A stretch of DNA of 39,510 bases from Ornithinimicrobium sp. (GCA_035581545.1 DATISK010000220.1:1-39510); one strand, 5' to 3'. Shown: positions 8,439-18,471, counted from the stretch's first letter. Notes: generated by a model not told the origin, from the letters alone. Program-made: numbers and translations.

Positions 8439-9929
8439 TCAGCCCCGCCGCACCAGGCCGCGCACCTTCGCCATACCCTCCCGGACCAGCGCAGCGGGCC
8501 GCCCGGCCCGGCCGGGGGCGGTCGCCGCCGCGACGACCCTCCCCTTGAGTCCCTCGAACGGCGGGTGGAGCACCCGCAGGGTGTCGGGGCTCAGCGGCTT
8601 GTCCAGCACGGACCGTCGGTGGCTCAGCTCCTCGAGCGAGGCTCGGCCGTGGTAGGAGCCCATGCCCGAGGGGCCCACTCCGCCGAACGGCAGCTGGGCA
8701 GCCCCGACGTGGATCACCGTGGCGCCGTAGGCCATGCCCCCCGAGGTGGTGCGCCGGGCGAAGGCCTCCCGCACGTCCTCGCGCCCGGAGAAGACGTAGA
8801 GCGCCAGCGGGTGGTCGCGGGAGGTGATCAGCTCGATCGCGTGATCGTGGTCGGCGACGGCGATGACCGGCAGGATCGGCCCGAAGATCTCTTCCTGCAT
8901 GATCGGTGCGTCCCGGTCGACGTCGGCGATCACGGTCGGCGCGAGGTAGCGCTCGTGGGCCTCGTGCTCCCCGCCCGTGACGACCGTGCCTCCGGCGCTG
9001 CCGAGCAGCTCGACGAGCCGGGCGTGCTGGCGGTCGTCGACGATGCGCCCCAGGTCCGGGCTGGTTCGCGGGTCGTCGCCGAAGAACTCGCGCACCGCGG
9101 CCACCAGCTCGGCCAGCAGCCGGTCACGGGCGGCGCGGGTCACCAGGACGTGGTCGGGCGCCACGCAGGTCTGGCCGGCGTTGGTGAACTTGCCCCACAC
9201 GATCCGGCGCGCCGCGGCGGCCAGGTCGACGCTGTCGTCGACGAACGTCGGCGACTTGCCGCCCAGCTCCAGGGTCACCGGCGTGAGGTGCTCGGCCGCT
9301 GCACGCATGACGATGCGCCCCACGCGGCCCGACCCGGTGAAGAAGATGTGGTCGAAGCGCTGCTCCAGCAGCGAGGTGGTCTCCTCGACACCCCCGGTGA
9401 CGACCTGCACCACGTCGGCCGGGAAGTACTGCGGGACGAGGCGTGCGACCAGGGCCGCGAGGCGGGGGGTGTGCTCGCTGGGCTTGAGCACGACGGTGTC
9501 GCCGGCGGCCAGCGCCCCTGCCATCGGCGAGACCAGCAGGTTGAGCGGATAGTTCCACGGCGCGATCACCAGCACGACACCCTTGGGCTGCAGCTGCACG
9601 TGGGCGCGGGCGGGCCGCAGGGTCCACGGCAGGGAGACCGGCCGGGGGGCCGTCCACTCCTCCAGGTGGGCGAGCAGGTGGTCGATCTCCTCGACGCTGA
9701 CGTAGGTCTCGGTCAGCCGTGCCTCCAGCCTCGGCTTGCCGACGTCGGCGACCACCGCGTCGACCAGCTCGGTCTCGTGCTCGACGAGCAGCCGGCGCAG
9801 CGCACCCAGCTGGCCCCGGCGCCAGCCGAGGTCGGCGGAGACACGGGAGGTGACGGTATGGCGCAGCGCGCCGAGGTCGAGGGACCCCAGGTCGGCGTGA
9901 CGCAGGTCGGGGGTCGAGGCGGCGGTCAT
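8439..9929 (-). CDS. Aldehyde dehydrogenase (ALDH3/fatty aldehyde type)
   Basis: PWNYP, KPSE, FFTGS, LELGGKSP, NAGQTCVAPD, EEIFGP. Confidence 0.95.
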   Translation of the reverse strand: MTAASTPDLRHADLGSLDLGALRHTVTSRVSADLGWRRGQLGALRRLLVEHETELVDAVVADVGKPRLEARLTETYVSVEEIDHLLAHLEEWTAPRPVSLPWTLRPARAHVQLQPKGVVLVIAPWNYPLNLLVSPMAGALAAGDTVVLKPSEHTPRLAALVARLVPQYFPADVVQVVTGGVEETTSLLEQRFDHIFFTGSGRVGRIVMRAAAEHLTPVTLELGGKSPTFVDDSVDLAAAARRIVWGKFTNAGQTCVAPDHVLVTRAARDRLLAELVAAVREFFGDDPRTSPDLGRIVDDRQHARLVELLGSAGGTVVTGGEHEAHERYLAPTVIADVDRDAPIMQEEIFGPILPVIAVADHDHAIELITSRDHPLALYVFSGREDVREAFARRTTSGGMAYGATVIHVGAAQLPFGGVGPSGMGSYHGRASLEELSHRRSVLDKPLSPDTLRVLHPPFEGLKGRVVAAATAPGRAGRPAALVREGMAKVRGLVRRG

Positions 9930-9966
9930 GCCCGGACCCTACGGCCGCAGGCTGACAGGCCGGTCC

Positions 9967-11088
9967 TCAGTCCTGCGCCCTCTCCCGGCCGCGCTTCCAG
10001 CGGATGCCGGCCTCGATGAAGTCGTCGATCTCACCGTCCAGGACGGCGGAGGTCGACCCCACCTCGTGCCCGGTCCTCAGGTCCTTGACCATCTGGTAGG
10101 GGTGCAGGACGTAGGAGCGCATCTGGTCGCCCCAGCTGGCCTTGACGTCACCGGCCATCTCCTTGCGCTCGGCGGCCTCCTCGGCCTGCTTGAGCAGCAG
10201 CAGGCGGGACTGGAGCACCCGCAGCGCGGCGGCGCGGTTCTGGATCTGGCTCTTCTCGTTCTGCATCGACACCACGGTGCCGGTGGGGATGTGGGTCATC
10301 CGCACCGCCGAGTCGGTGGTGTTGACCGACTGCCCCCCGGGGCCGGAGGAGCGGAAGACGTCGATCTTCAGGTCGTTCTCGGGGATCTCGATGCTGTCGG
10401 TCGACTCGATCAGGGGGATCACCTCGACGGCGGCGAAGCTCGTCTGCCGTCGTCCCTGGTTGTCGAACGGGCTGATCCGCACGAGCCGGTGGGTCCCGGC
10501 CTCGACGGCCAGCGTGCCGAAGGCGTAGGGCACCTTGACCTCGAAGGTGGCCGACTTCAGGCCGGCCTCCTCGGCGTAGGAGGTGTCGAGCACGGTGGTG
10601 GGGTAGTCGTGCCGCTCGGCCCAGCGCAGGTACATCCGCATGAGCATCTCGGCGAAGTCGGCGGCGTCCACGCCCCCGGCGCCGGAGCGGATCGTCACCA
10701 CGGCCTCCCGCTGGTCGTACTCGCCGTTGAGCAGGGTCCGCACCTCGAGCTGCTCGACGTCCTTGCGCAGCTTGGCCAGGTCCCGCTCGGCCTCGACCAG
10801 GACGCTGCGGCCGTCCTCCCCGCCCTCTTCGGTGCCGAGCTCCACCAGCGCCTCGAGGTCGTCGATCCGCGCATCCATGCCGGTGACCTTGTCGTGCTCG
10901 GCCTTGGCGCGGGACAGCGAGGAGGTCACCTTCTGCGCGTGCTCGACGTCGTCCCAGAGATGGGGCGAGGAGGCCTCGGTCTCCAGCTCGGTCATCTGCT
11001 CCTGCAGCCGGTCGAGGTCGGTGACGTCACGCACGGACGCCATGGTCGCGCGGAGCTGCTTGATCTCGTTCTCGAAGTCGACTGCCAC
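9967..11088 (-). CDS. prfB: Peptide chain release factor 2
   Basis: SPF anticodon-mimic motif and GGQ motif; continuous frame; sits in the conserved prfB-ftsEX-smpB neighbourhood. Confidence 0.97.
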   Translation of the reverse strand: MAVDFENEIKQLRATMASVRDVTDLDRLQEQMTELETEASSPHLWDDVEHAQKVTSSLSRAKAEHDKVTGMDARIDDLEALVELGTEEGGEDGRSVLVEAERDLAKLRKDVEQLEVRTLLNGEYDQREAVVTIRSGAGGVDAADFAEMLMRMYLRWAERHDYPTTVLDTSYAEEAGLKSATFEVKVPYAFGTLAVEAGTHRLVRISPFDNQGRRQTSFAAVEVIPLIESTDSIEIPENDLKIDVFRSSGPGGQSVNTTDSAVRMTHIPTGTVVSMQNEKSQIQNRAAALRVLQSRLLLLKQAEEAAERKEMAGDVKASWGDQMRSYVLHPYQMVKDLRTGHEVGSTSAVLDGEIDDFIEAGIRWKRGRERAQD

Positions 11089-11142
11089 GAGGGTCAAGCC
11101 TACGGCAGCCCTGAGCCGGGCCGACCCGAACCCGGTTCCCCC

Positions 11143-11172
11143 ACGGGTGCCGACGGGTGCCGACGGGTCCCG
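11143..11172. repeat. 10-bp tandem repeat ACGGGT(G/C)CCG x3 in the prfB/DinB divergent intergenic region
   Basis: acgggtgccg acgggtgccg acgggtcccg. Confidence 0.6.
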
Positions 11173-11203
11173 CCCGGTGCGCCGACGGCATACCCTGACC
11201 GGC

Positions 11204-11758
11204 ATGACCCAGACCCGGACCGACGACCAGGGACGACCGGAACCGCCGCTGGCGGCGGACGAGGCGGGGACGCTCGTGGGTTTCCTCGAGTTCCAGCGCG
11301 CGACCCTGGAGTGGAAGACCCGGGGGCTGGACGAGGAGGGCCTGCGTCGTCGGCTGGACGCCCACCCCTCGCAGCTGACCCTGGGCGGGCTGCTGAGCCA
11401 CCTGGCCTGGGTGGAGGACTTCTACTTCGCCTCGGGCGCCTCGGGCTCGCCGATGCCCGAGGAGTGGCAGCGCTCCGACGACGGGTCCGACTTCGTGCGG
11501 GCGTGGACGTCGGCGGACACGCTGCCGGCAGAGGAGGTCCGCGCCCGGTGGGAGCGCTCGGTGGCCCGGTCCCGGTCGGTCGTGGACGACCTGCTGGGGC
11601 GCGGCCCCGACGCGGAGTCACGCACCTATCCCGCCTGGGACGGTCGGGCGCAGGTCACCCTGCGCTGGCTGCTCACCCACATGGTCGAGGAGTACGCCCG
11701 CCACAACGGCCACGCCGACCTGCTCCGCGAGCTGGTCGACGGGCAGACCGGGGAGTAG
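11204..11758 (+). CDS. DinB-superfamily (DUF664, mycothiol transferase-like) protein
   Basis: [40 protein letters not shown]; TACCCT -10 lies 7 nt upstream of the ATG. Confidence 0.92.
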   Translation: MTQTRTDDQGRPEPPLAADEAGTLVGFLEFQRATLEWKTRGLDEEGLRRRLDAHPSQLTLGGLLSHLAWVEDFYFASGASGSPMPEEWQRSDDGSDFVRAWTSADTLPAEEVRARWERSVARSRSVVDDLLGRGPDAESRTYPAWDGRAQVTLRWLLTHMVEEYARHNGHADLLRELVDGQTGE

Positions 11759-11794
11759 GTCCCGACGGGACCGTCGTGAGGTCGGGCTCCGCCC

Positions 11795-13351
11795 TCAGGC
11801 GCTGGCCGCGAACCGGCCCGACGCGGAGACGGCGACCGCCTCCTGCAGGTAGGACAGCGCCTGGCGGGCGGTCCACCCCTCGGGGTGCCGCTGGATGAGC
11901 ACCTGCGCGCCCTCGAGGTCCTGACCGAGGGTGACGAGGGTGTCCTCGACGTAGCCGTCCTTGCGGTGCTGCTCCAGCCCGATGTTGGCCATCAGCCCGT
12001 TGCACAGGCACTTGCGGCCGACGGTCTCCTCCTGCTCGCCACCCTTCTTCAGGTACATGTGGACCGGCTCGGAGGCGCAGCGGTAGCCGATCTCCCCGTC
12101 CTCACGCTCGTAGGGCTGGCGCAGGTAGGACAGGTCGCACAGCCGGGGGCGGGCCTCGTAGACCTCGACCTGGCTGGCCGTGCCCTCGAGGGTCGCCACC
12201 TTGAAGGGGAAGCCGGTCGGGCTGGCCCGCGGGTCGTTGCGCACGTCCAGCTCGCCGACGCGCAGGCGGTCCAGCATCTTCGCCCGCACGGAGTCGGCCA
12301 GCCCGGAGTCGTTGGACATCGCGAAGAGCGTGCCCACCTGCACCCCGACGGCGCCGGAGGCGACGGCCTCGGCGACCCGCTCCGGGGTGCCGAAGGCACC
12401 GGCGAGCCAGAACGGCAGGCCCAGGGCCGCCATCTTCTCCAGGTTCGCCTCGTCGCGGGCGCCGTAGACCGGGTCACCCTGCTCGTCGAGCTGCATCTTG
12501 CCCCGCGGCGGCGCGGAGTGTCCGCCGGCCGGGGGGCGCTCGACGACGAACCCGTCCGGGCGGATGTCGGGGTCGCGGTGCAGGTAGGAGGCGAGCTGGT
12601 CGACCGAGACGATGGCCAGGAAGTCGGGCCGGACCAGGGCGGGCAGGTCATCCCCCAGCAGGTCGACCGGGTCCACCTCGACGTAGCGGCGCAGCTTGCC
12701 CCCGGCCACGTCGGCACTGATGCGCCCCGCGGTGCCGGCGGCGAGCGCCCGCAGGAGGGCGGGGATCTCCCGCGGGATGCCGGCTCCCATGAGCACGTAG
12801 TCGACGCCCGCCAGCATCGCCCCGAACAGGGCGGTGGGCGTGGCCATCTGCACCTTCTCCAGGGCGTTGATGCGCACGACGCCGTCGTGCCCGTCCTTGG
12901 CCAGCCTCACCTCGGCGAAGTTGCCGAGCACGCCCAGCTCCTGACCGGCGCGGGCGGTCTGCAGGGTCAGCTTGGGGATCGGCTTGTAGGGCGCGTCCGG
13001 CTGACGGCCGCCCTCGATGAAGTACTTGGCCATCACCCGCTCGACCATCGCCGGCGAGGGGAAGTGGGCCAGCGCCCGACGGTAGTGCCCGCCCGGGTCG
13101 CCGTCCTGGAGCACCCGGGAGAGCACGGCGTCCATCGCGGTGCCGGACACGACCCCCAGGTGGCCGGCGGTGGACACCTCCCTCGCCAGACGCCATCCGG
13201 AGACGGCCACCCCCATGCCGCCCTGGATGACGACCGGGCGGCGACGTCCGGTCTGGCCCGGACCCGGCTGGGGGTCGGGCTGGGGCAGGCCCGCGGACCC
13301 GGCGGTGGCCGGCTCGGCGGGACGGGGGTATGCGGTAGCGACTGCGGGCAT
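11795..13351 (-). CDS. Nitronate monooxygenase/FabK-family FMN protein with a C-terminal four-Cys cluster
   Basis: IQGGMGVAVS, GAGIP, AGGH, GVQVGTLF, SPTGFPF; Cys in RLCD, YRCAS and KCLCNGL. Confidence 0.88.
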   Translation of the reverse strand: MPAVATAYPRPAEPATAGSAGLPQPDPQPGPGQTGRRRPVVIQGGMGVAVSGWRLAREVSTAGHLGVVSGTAMDAVLSRVLQDGDPGGHYRRALAHFPSPAMVERVMAKYFIEGGRQPDAPYKPIPKLTLQTARAGQELGVLGNFAEVRLAKDGHDGVVRINALEKVQMATPTALFGAMLAGVDYVLMGAGIPREIPALLRALAAGTAGRISADVAGGKLRRYVEVDPVDLLGDDLPALVRPDFLAIVSVDQLASYLHRDPDIRPDGFVVERPPAGGHSAPPRGKMQLDEQGDPVYGARDEANLEKMAALGLPFWLAGAFGTPERVAEAVASGAVGVQVGTLFAMSNDSGLADSVRAKMLDRLRVGELDVRNDPRASPTGFPFKVATLEGTASQVEVYEARPRLCDLSYLRQPYEREDGEIGYRCASEPVHMYLKKGGEQEETVGRKCLCNGLMANIGLEQHRKDGYVEDTLVTLGQDLEGAQVLIQRHPEGWTARQALSYLQEAVAVSASGRFAASA

Positions 13352-13380
13352 GCGGGGGGATCACCTTCGGGTCGGGTACC

Positions 13381-13422
13381 TACGCGAACGTAGGTTTCGG
13401 TTCCGTAGGTTACGGTAGCGTA
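13381..13422. promoter_or_regulatory. Triple operator: three 12-bp palindromes TACG-N4-CGTA at 15-bp period
   Basis: TACGcgaaCGTA ggt TTCGgttcCGTA ggt TACGgtagCGTA, 30 bp upstream of the NMO-like start. Confidence 0.75.
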
Positions 13423-13554
13423 AGTCGACCCGGCCTGTCGCCCCCGACCGACCCCCGCGACCCGGCACCCCAGGGGGGACGAACCTCCTACCTGCTGCCC
13501 GTTCCTGGCGTACACTTGGTGTTCATCAGTTGTTCACCTGAGTGGAGGTGCCCC

Positions 13555-14217
13555 ATGCAGGCACGGAGCCCGATGTACGAGCGCACCCTGCGCCGGGTGC
13601 AGCGCGACCTGACGGACCGGTTCGCCGCCGGGTTCAGCGCGGACGAGGTCGCCGAGGTCGTCACCCGGGGCCGGCGCACGCTGGAGGAGACCGGGCGGCA
13701 TCCCGAGTTCATCCCCGCCCTCCTGGAGCACTGGGCCCGCGACGAGCTCCTGGCCGCCGCCCGTGCCCAGGGCCGGCCGCTCTCGCCGCTGCCCAAGCTG
13801 CTCTTCGTGTGCGAGCACAACGAGGGGCGTTCGCAGGTGGCCGGCGCCCTCGCCGAGCACCTGTCAGCGGGTCGGGTCCTGGTCCGGTCCGCCGGCCTGC
13901 ACCCCACCGGCCGGCTCAACCCGCACGCGGTGACCGTCCTGGCGGAGCGCGGGATCGAGCTGCGCAACCCGCTCCCCCAGACCGTGCACGCCGACGCCCT
14001 CGACGCCGCCGACGTCGTCGTCCTCATCGGCTGCTGCGAGGACGAGGTCGACCTCGCCGGCCGGCGCACCGTCCGCTGGGACGTCGACGACCCCTACGCC
14101 CAGGACCTGGCGACGGCGCGCCGGATCGCCGACGAGCTCGAGACCCGCGTGCGCTCCCTGCTCGCCGATCTCGAGGTGCCGGTCCTGGAGCAGGAGGTCG
14201 TCCGCACCGCGTCCTGA
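13555..14217 (+). CDS. ArsC-like low-molecular-weight phosphatase/arsenate reductase with an N-terminal three-helix bundle
   Basis: LFVCEHNEGRSQ (CX5R P-loop), SAG, WDVDDP; RBS GGAGG. Confidence 0.85.
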   Translation: MQARSPMYERTLRRVQRDLTDRFAAGFSADEVAEVVTRGRRTLEETGRHPEFIPALLEHWARDELLAAARAQGRPLSPLPKLLFVCEHNEGRSQVAGALAEHLSAGRVLVRSAGLHPTGRLNPHAVTVLAERGIELRNPLPQTVHADALDAADVVVLIGCCEDEVDLAGRRTVRWDVDDPYAQDLATARRIADELETRVRSLLADLEVPVLEQEVVRTAS

Positions 14218-14230
14218 GCCGGCGAGGACG

Positions 14231-14899
14231 TCAGGCGATGCGGAGCCGTACCCCGCCGTCCACGAGCCGGAAGGTGACCTGGGACAGGTCCGTCACGACG
14301 GCGTCCGCCAGGCCCCGGAGCTCGTGCAGCTCGCTCGTCGTCGTGACCGCGAGGGTGGCGGCGCCGGCCGCCCTGCCCGCCTGCAGACCGGCGGGGGCGT
14401 CCTCGACGACGAGGCACCGGGCCGGGTCGACCCCCAGCATCCGGGCCCCGAGCAGGAACGGCTGCGGGTCCGGCTTGCCACGGGTGATGTCGTCGGCGGT
14501 GACGACGGTGGCCGGAGGGGTCAGGCCGGCGGCGTCCAGCCGCAGCACCGCCAGGTCCCGGCCCGCCGAGGTCACGATCGCCGCGCGTGCGCCGACCGCG
14601 GCCAACGCCTCCCTGGCCCCGGGGAGCGCGACCACCCCCTCGGCGTCCGCCAGCTCGCGCCGGTCGATGTCGGCGGTGGCCGTCTCCACGTCGAGGTGCG
14701 GCGCGACCCGGGCCACGATGCCCCTGCTGGGCACCCCGTGGAAGTCGCCGAACCGGGTGAGGGGGATCTCGTGGTGCCGGGCCCAGGCGGTCCAGGCCCG
14801 GACCACCGCACCGCGGGAGTCGGTGAGGGTGCCGTCGTTGTCGAAGAGGACCGCCTCGAAGGTGGTCGCGGTCAGGTCGGTCGTCGCGGAGTGGTGCAC
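14231..14899 (-). CDS. HAD-IA family sugar phosphatase
   Basis: LFDNDGTL, IVTS, GKPDP, VVEDAPAG. Confidence 0.93.
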   Translation of the reverse strand: MHHSATTDLTATTFEAVLFDNDGTLTDSRGAVVRAWTAWARHHEIPLTRFGDFHGVPSRGIVARVAPHLDVETATADIDRRELADAEGVVALPGAREALAAVGARAAIVTSAGRDLAVLRLDAAGLTPPATVVTADDITRGKPDPQPFLLGARMLGVDPARCLVVEDAPAGLQAGRAAGAATLAVTTTSELHELRGLADAVVTDLSQVTFRLVDGGVRLRIA

Positions 14900-14924
14900 C
14901 GGGCCATTCTCCCAGCCCGGTCCG

Positions 14925-15452
14925 TCACGGCTGCAGGTCGCTGCGTGCGGTGGAGGTGACCGTGATCGGGACCGACCCGCCGAACGACGCCAGCACCGCG
15001 CTCACGACCGGGATCCTGGCGGCCCCGGTGAGCACGACGACCGCCGTCCGACCGTCCGGGGTGCCCGTCCCGGCGGTGACCTCCCATCCGGTCAACCGGG
15101 ACGGCACGGCCCGGGACGCCAGGTGGTCCTGGGCCGCCTGCACGACACCCGCACTGGTGAGTGGGACGCCGGCGGCGACGCCCGAGGAGTAGGCGGTCGC
15201 CTCGTCCAGGGCGTCGCTGGCGTCCAGTGCCGCCGCGTCCGCGGCGTCGAGCAGGTGGATCCTGCCCAGCTGGACCGAGGTGACGCCCACGACCCCGAGG
15301 ACGACCGTGAGGGCGACCGCCACCATCCCGATGAGGAGGATGCTCACCTGTCCCGCCTCGGCGTCATCCCCGCCCCGGCGCCGGGTGGCCGGCACCCGTT
15401 CGGCCCCGGTCGTCCTCCCCGCTCCCGCACCGATCGACACCACCCCGGTCAT
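14925..15452 (-). CDS. TadG-like pilus assembly protein
   Basis: EAGQVSILLIG prepilin-like hydrophobic segment, AADAAALDAS motif; ATGA-coupled to the upstream gene. Confidence 0.8.
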   Translation of the reverse strand: MTGVVSIGAGAGRTTGAERVPATRRRGGDDAEAGQVSILLIGMVAVALTVVLGVVGVTSVQLGRIHLLDAADAAALDASDALDEATAYSSGVAAGVPLTSAGVVQAAQDHLASRAVPSRLTGWEVTAGTGTPDGRTAVVVLTGAARIPVVSAVLASFGGSVPITVTSTARSDLQP

Positions 15453-15892
15453 CCCTGCTCCCGGAAGACGTCCACGGACTCGGTGTGCTGCGCCGTGAGA
15501 GTGATCGAGGCGGGGAGCCGTCCGGCCATGAAGTCCGGGACGAGGGGCAGCTGCACCTCCACCACGGCGTCCACGACGACCACGCTCCCCGGCTCCAGGC
15601 AGCCAGGCTCGCCGCAGCCGAGGCCGAGCCGGACGTCCCCGGCACCGAAGCCGTGGGCCTGCGCCACCAGCCCGGCGGCAGCCTCGGCACGCAGGGGTGC
15701 ATCCTGGACCGAGTCGGCGGTGACGTAGCTGCGCCCCGCCTCCCGGGCCGCCGCGGTCACGGCATACGCCCCCGCCTGGACCCGCCCGACCGTCCCGACG
15801 AGATAGAAGAGCGGCACGACGAGGAGGACGAGCAGGAACGCCACCTCGACGGTCATCGACCCCCGGTCCGGTGCCGGGCGGCAGGTCGTCAC
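15449..15892 (-). CDS. TadE/TadF-like pseudopilin
   Basis: DRGSMTVEVAFLL...AAAREAGR. Confidence 0.85.
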   Translation of the reverse strand: MTTCRPAPDRGSMTVEVAFLLVLLVVPLFYLVGTVGRVQAGAYAVTAAAREAGRSYVTADSVQDAPLRAEAAAGLVAQAHGFGAGDVRLGLGCGEPGCLEPGSVVVVDAVVEVQLPLVPDFMAGRLPASITLTAQHTESVDVFREQG

Positions 15893-16272
15893 TGGTCCTC
15901 CGCGTAGGCCTGGCCGGTGACCACCATCCGGTCGGCCGGACCGAACGGACCGAGCACCGGGAACGCCATCGAGGCGGTGACCTCCACCACCTCCACCCCG
16001 GAGACCGCCGTGCGCCGCGCCGACACGGCCACGCCCCCCGTGCCGGGCAGGCTCCCCCGCAGCAGCTCCCGCGCCCGCTGGGCACCGTCCTGCGGACCGG
16101 CGTCGGCGCGTGCGCCGTACCGGGCCCCCTCCACCACGTGCGCCGTCGCGGTGTTGTGCAGGTGCAGGGCCAGGGCCAGCTGGACCGCCGCCAGCAGCAG
16201 CACGGAGACCATCCCCGCCAGGAGAGCGAACTCGGTGACGGCGGCGCCCCGGTCGGGGTGCGCCGGCGTCAC
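15889..16272 (-). CDS. TadE-like pseudopilin
   Basis: DRGAAVTEFALL...EGARYGA. Confidence 0.88.
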   Translation of the reverse strand: MTPAHPDRGAAVTEFALLAGMVSVLLLAAVQLALALHLHNTATAHVVEGARYGARADAGPQDGAQRARELLRGSLPGTGGVAVSARRTAVSGVEVVEVTASMAFPVLGPFGPADRMVVTGQAYAEDQ

Positions 16273-16499
16273 GTCCCGACGCTGGTCACGGCCGTGGTGA
16301 AGAGCTGGGTCAGCAGGGGCTCGGCCACCAGCCAGAGGGCTGCGACCAGCCCGGCCGTCATGATCGTGATGAGCACCCAGCCGGGCACGTCACCCCGCTC
16401 GGGCTCGGCCGCCCAGGCCCGCAGGTGCCGTGCCAGGGCCCGGCGCGCGGCCGAGGAGCGCGGGGGCGCGCCGGGGATGCGGAGGGTGGTTCGCTGCAT
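16269..16499 (-). CDS. Flp-type pilin
   Basis: ERGDVPGWVLITIMTAGLV actinobacterial pilin motif; RBS GAAGGA. Confidence 0.82.
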   Translation of the reverse strand: MQRTTLRIPGAPPRSSAARRALARHLRAWAAEPERGDVPGWVLITIMTAGLVAALWLVAEPLLTQLFTTAVTSVGT

Positions 16500-16583
16500 C
16501 GTGGTCCTTCTCTCTTCTCGTCCGAGCCCGGTCGGGCTGCGGTGCGTCCGTGGTGGTGGGTGCGAGGACGGATCCCCTCACCG

Positions 16584-16611
16584 TGCGTCATGCGTCATGC
16601 GTCATACGTCG
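16584..16611. repeat. 7-bp tandem repeat (TGCGTCA)x3 plus a degenerate copy, upstream of the pilin gene
   Basis: tgcgtca tgcgtca tgcgtca tacgtcg. Confidence 0.8.
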
Positions 16612-16675
16612 TGGTCGTTCTCGTTCGTGTGGTCGGGGGCGTGGACGGTCGTGCGACCGGGACAGGAACCGGGGC

Positions 16676-17608
16676 CTACACGGTGATCCGCAGCATCGAG
16701 GCTCCCGGGAAGACGGCGAACAGGACGGTCACGGGGAGCACGAGGAAGACGACCGGGACCATCATGGTGATCTCCCGCCGGCCGCCCTCCTCGATGAGCG
16801 ACTGGCGTGCGGCCTCCCGTGCGTCCTCGGCCTGGGCCCGCAGCACCTCCCCGAGAGGCGTACCCCGCTGGATGGCCACGACCAGACCGTCGACGAAGCG
16901 CACGATGGGGCCCAGCCCCGTGCGCCGGCCCAGCGCCTGGAGCGCCTCGGGCAACGGAGCCCCCGTCCTGGCCTGCGCCAGGCACAGCTCCAGCTCGGCG
17001 GCCAGGTCGCCGGACGAGAGCCGGGTCACCCGCTCCAGTGCCTGCACCGTGCCCTCCCCGGCCGTCACGGACAGGGCGAGGAGCTCGGCGACGGCCGGGA
17101 ACTCCGCCATGATGCGTCGTTCCCTCCTCCGCGCGGCGCGGGTCAGGAGCGTGTCCCGGAGGACGACACCGGCGAGGAACGCGCACGCGACCAGCACGGC
17201 GAGCGCCACGACGCTGGCTCCCCGCGTCCACCACAGCAGGGAACCCAGTGCGGCGGCCAGGACGCAGGCCCCGATCCCCCAGAGCACCTGCTGGGTGCGG
17301 AAGCCCTCCACGTCGGCAGGAAGTCCTGCACGGTGCAGGCGGCTGCGGACCGACTCCGTCCCGCCGAGGACCTGGTCCAGCAGGTCGGCAGCCCGGCGGG
17401 TCAACGGCTGGACGACGTCGGCCAGGTGCCAGGGCCGCGGATCGTCGAGGCGAAGCAGTCGGGACCGCTGCGGCGGGCGGTCGAGGTAGGGCTCGATCCG
17501 GTCGGCCAGGTCCACCCGCCGGTTCAGCGGCACCCCGGCCCAGACGAGGAGCACCCCTGCACCCAGGCCCAGCCCGAGCAGGCCGCCCCACCACGCCAGC
17601 ACCGTCAT
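16676..17608 (-). CDS. tadC: Tad pilus assembly protein TadC (T2SS F family)
   Basis: EFPAVAELLALSVTAGEG, RGTPLGEVLRAQA, MMVPVVFLVLP. Confidence 0.9.
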   Translation of the reverse strand: MTVLAWWGGLLGLGLGAGVLLVWAGVPLNRRVDLADRIEPYLDRPPQRSRLLRLDDPRPWHLADVVQPLTRRAADLLDQVLGGTESVRSRLHRAGLPADVEGFRTQQVLWGIGACVLAAALGSLLWWTRGASVVALAVLVACAFLAGVVLRDTLLTRAARRRERRIMAEFPAVAELLALSVTAGEGTVQALERVTRLSSGDLAAELELCLAQARTGAPLPEALQALGRRTGLGPIVRFVDGLVVAIQRGTPLGEVLRAQAEDAREAARQSLIEEGGRREITMMVPVVFLVLPVTVLFAVFPGASMLRITV

Positions 17609-18471
17609 CGCAGGACCCGCTGTTCCTGCGGAAGGCGGCCGATCGTCAGCATCAGCCGGTAGGCCAGCAGGCTGGCGCCGGCACCCACGGCCAGGACGGC
17701 GGCACCCGTCGGCGTCCCGTAGGCCTCCAGCGTGCTGCCCCGGGTGGCCAGCAGGAGCAGGACGGCCCACGGTGCCGCCATCGCCATCCGGGCGGCGTTC
17801 ACCGTCCACGACTGCCGGGCCTCGAGCTCGGCCCTGGCCCGGGCGTCCTCCCGCAGGAACGAGGAGAGGGCACGCAGGACCCGACCCAGATCGGTGCCCC
17901 CGACGTCGCGGGCGAGCCGCAGGGCCTCCACGAGACGGTCGGCCACCGGGTCGGAGAGCCGTTCCTTGAGCCGGTCGAGGGACTCCGAGAAGCGGCCCGT
18001 CGCGCGGTAGTCGTGACCGAACTCCAAGAACTGGGGGCGCAGCTCGACCGGGCCCCGCTCCCCGAGCTGGATGAGGGCCTCGGGCAGGGCCAGTCCGGCG
18101 CGAACCGCTGAGAGCACGTGGTCCACCACGTCCGGCCACACCTCCCGCAACGTGCTGCGGCGGGCCCGCGCGCGGCCGCGGACCACCGCGAACGGCGCCC
18201 ATCCGGCCATCACCGCGAAGCACAGGCTCACCGACCACACCCGGGTGACGGCGAACCCCAGGAGCAGGACGAGCAGGACCAGCACCGCGGTGAACCCCAG
18301 GAAGGTGCGGGGTCCCAACCCGCGGATCCCGGCCAGCACGATCTCGTCCCCGAGCCGCTCGACCCGGCCACGGCGCACCGACGGGGCCGTCCGCACGTCC
18401 CGCGGCCAGAACGACCACCAGATGCTCGCCAGCCCCAGACCGAGCACCAACCCCCAGAACGCTCCCGCCAT
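17605..18471 (-). CDS. tadB: Tad pilus assembly protein TadB (T2SS F family)
   Basis: WPDVVDHVLSAVRAGLALPEAL, ELEARQSWTVNAAR. Confidence 0.9.
   Translation of the reverse strand: MAGAFWGLVLGLGLASIWWSFWPRDVRTAPSVRRGRVERLGDEIVLAGIRGLGPRTFLGFTAVLVLLVLLLGFAVTRVWSVSLCFAVMAGWAPFAVVRGRARARRSTLREVWPDVVDHVLSAVRAGLALPEALIQLGERGPVELRPQFLEFGHDYRATGRFSESLDRLKERLSDPVADRLVEALRLARDVGGTDLGRVLRALSSFLREDARARAELEARQSWTVNAARMAMAAPWAVLLLLATRGSTLEAYGTPTGAAVLAVGAGASLLAYRLMLTIGRLPQEQRVLR

Noticed and set aside
9967-11088. Programmed +1 frameshift in prfB
   Set aside because: The frame is continuous with no CTT-TGA site, as is usual in actinobacteria
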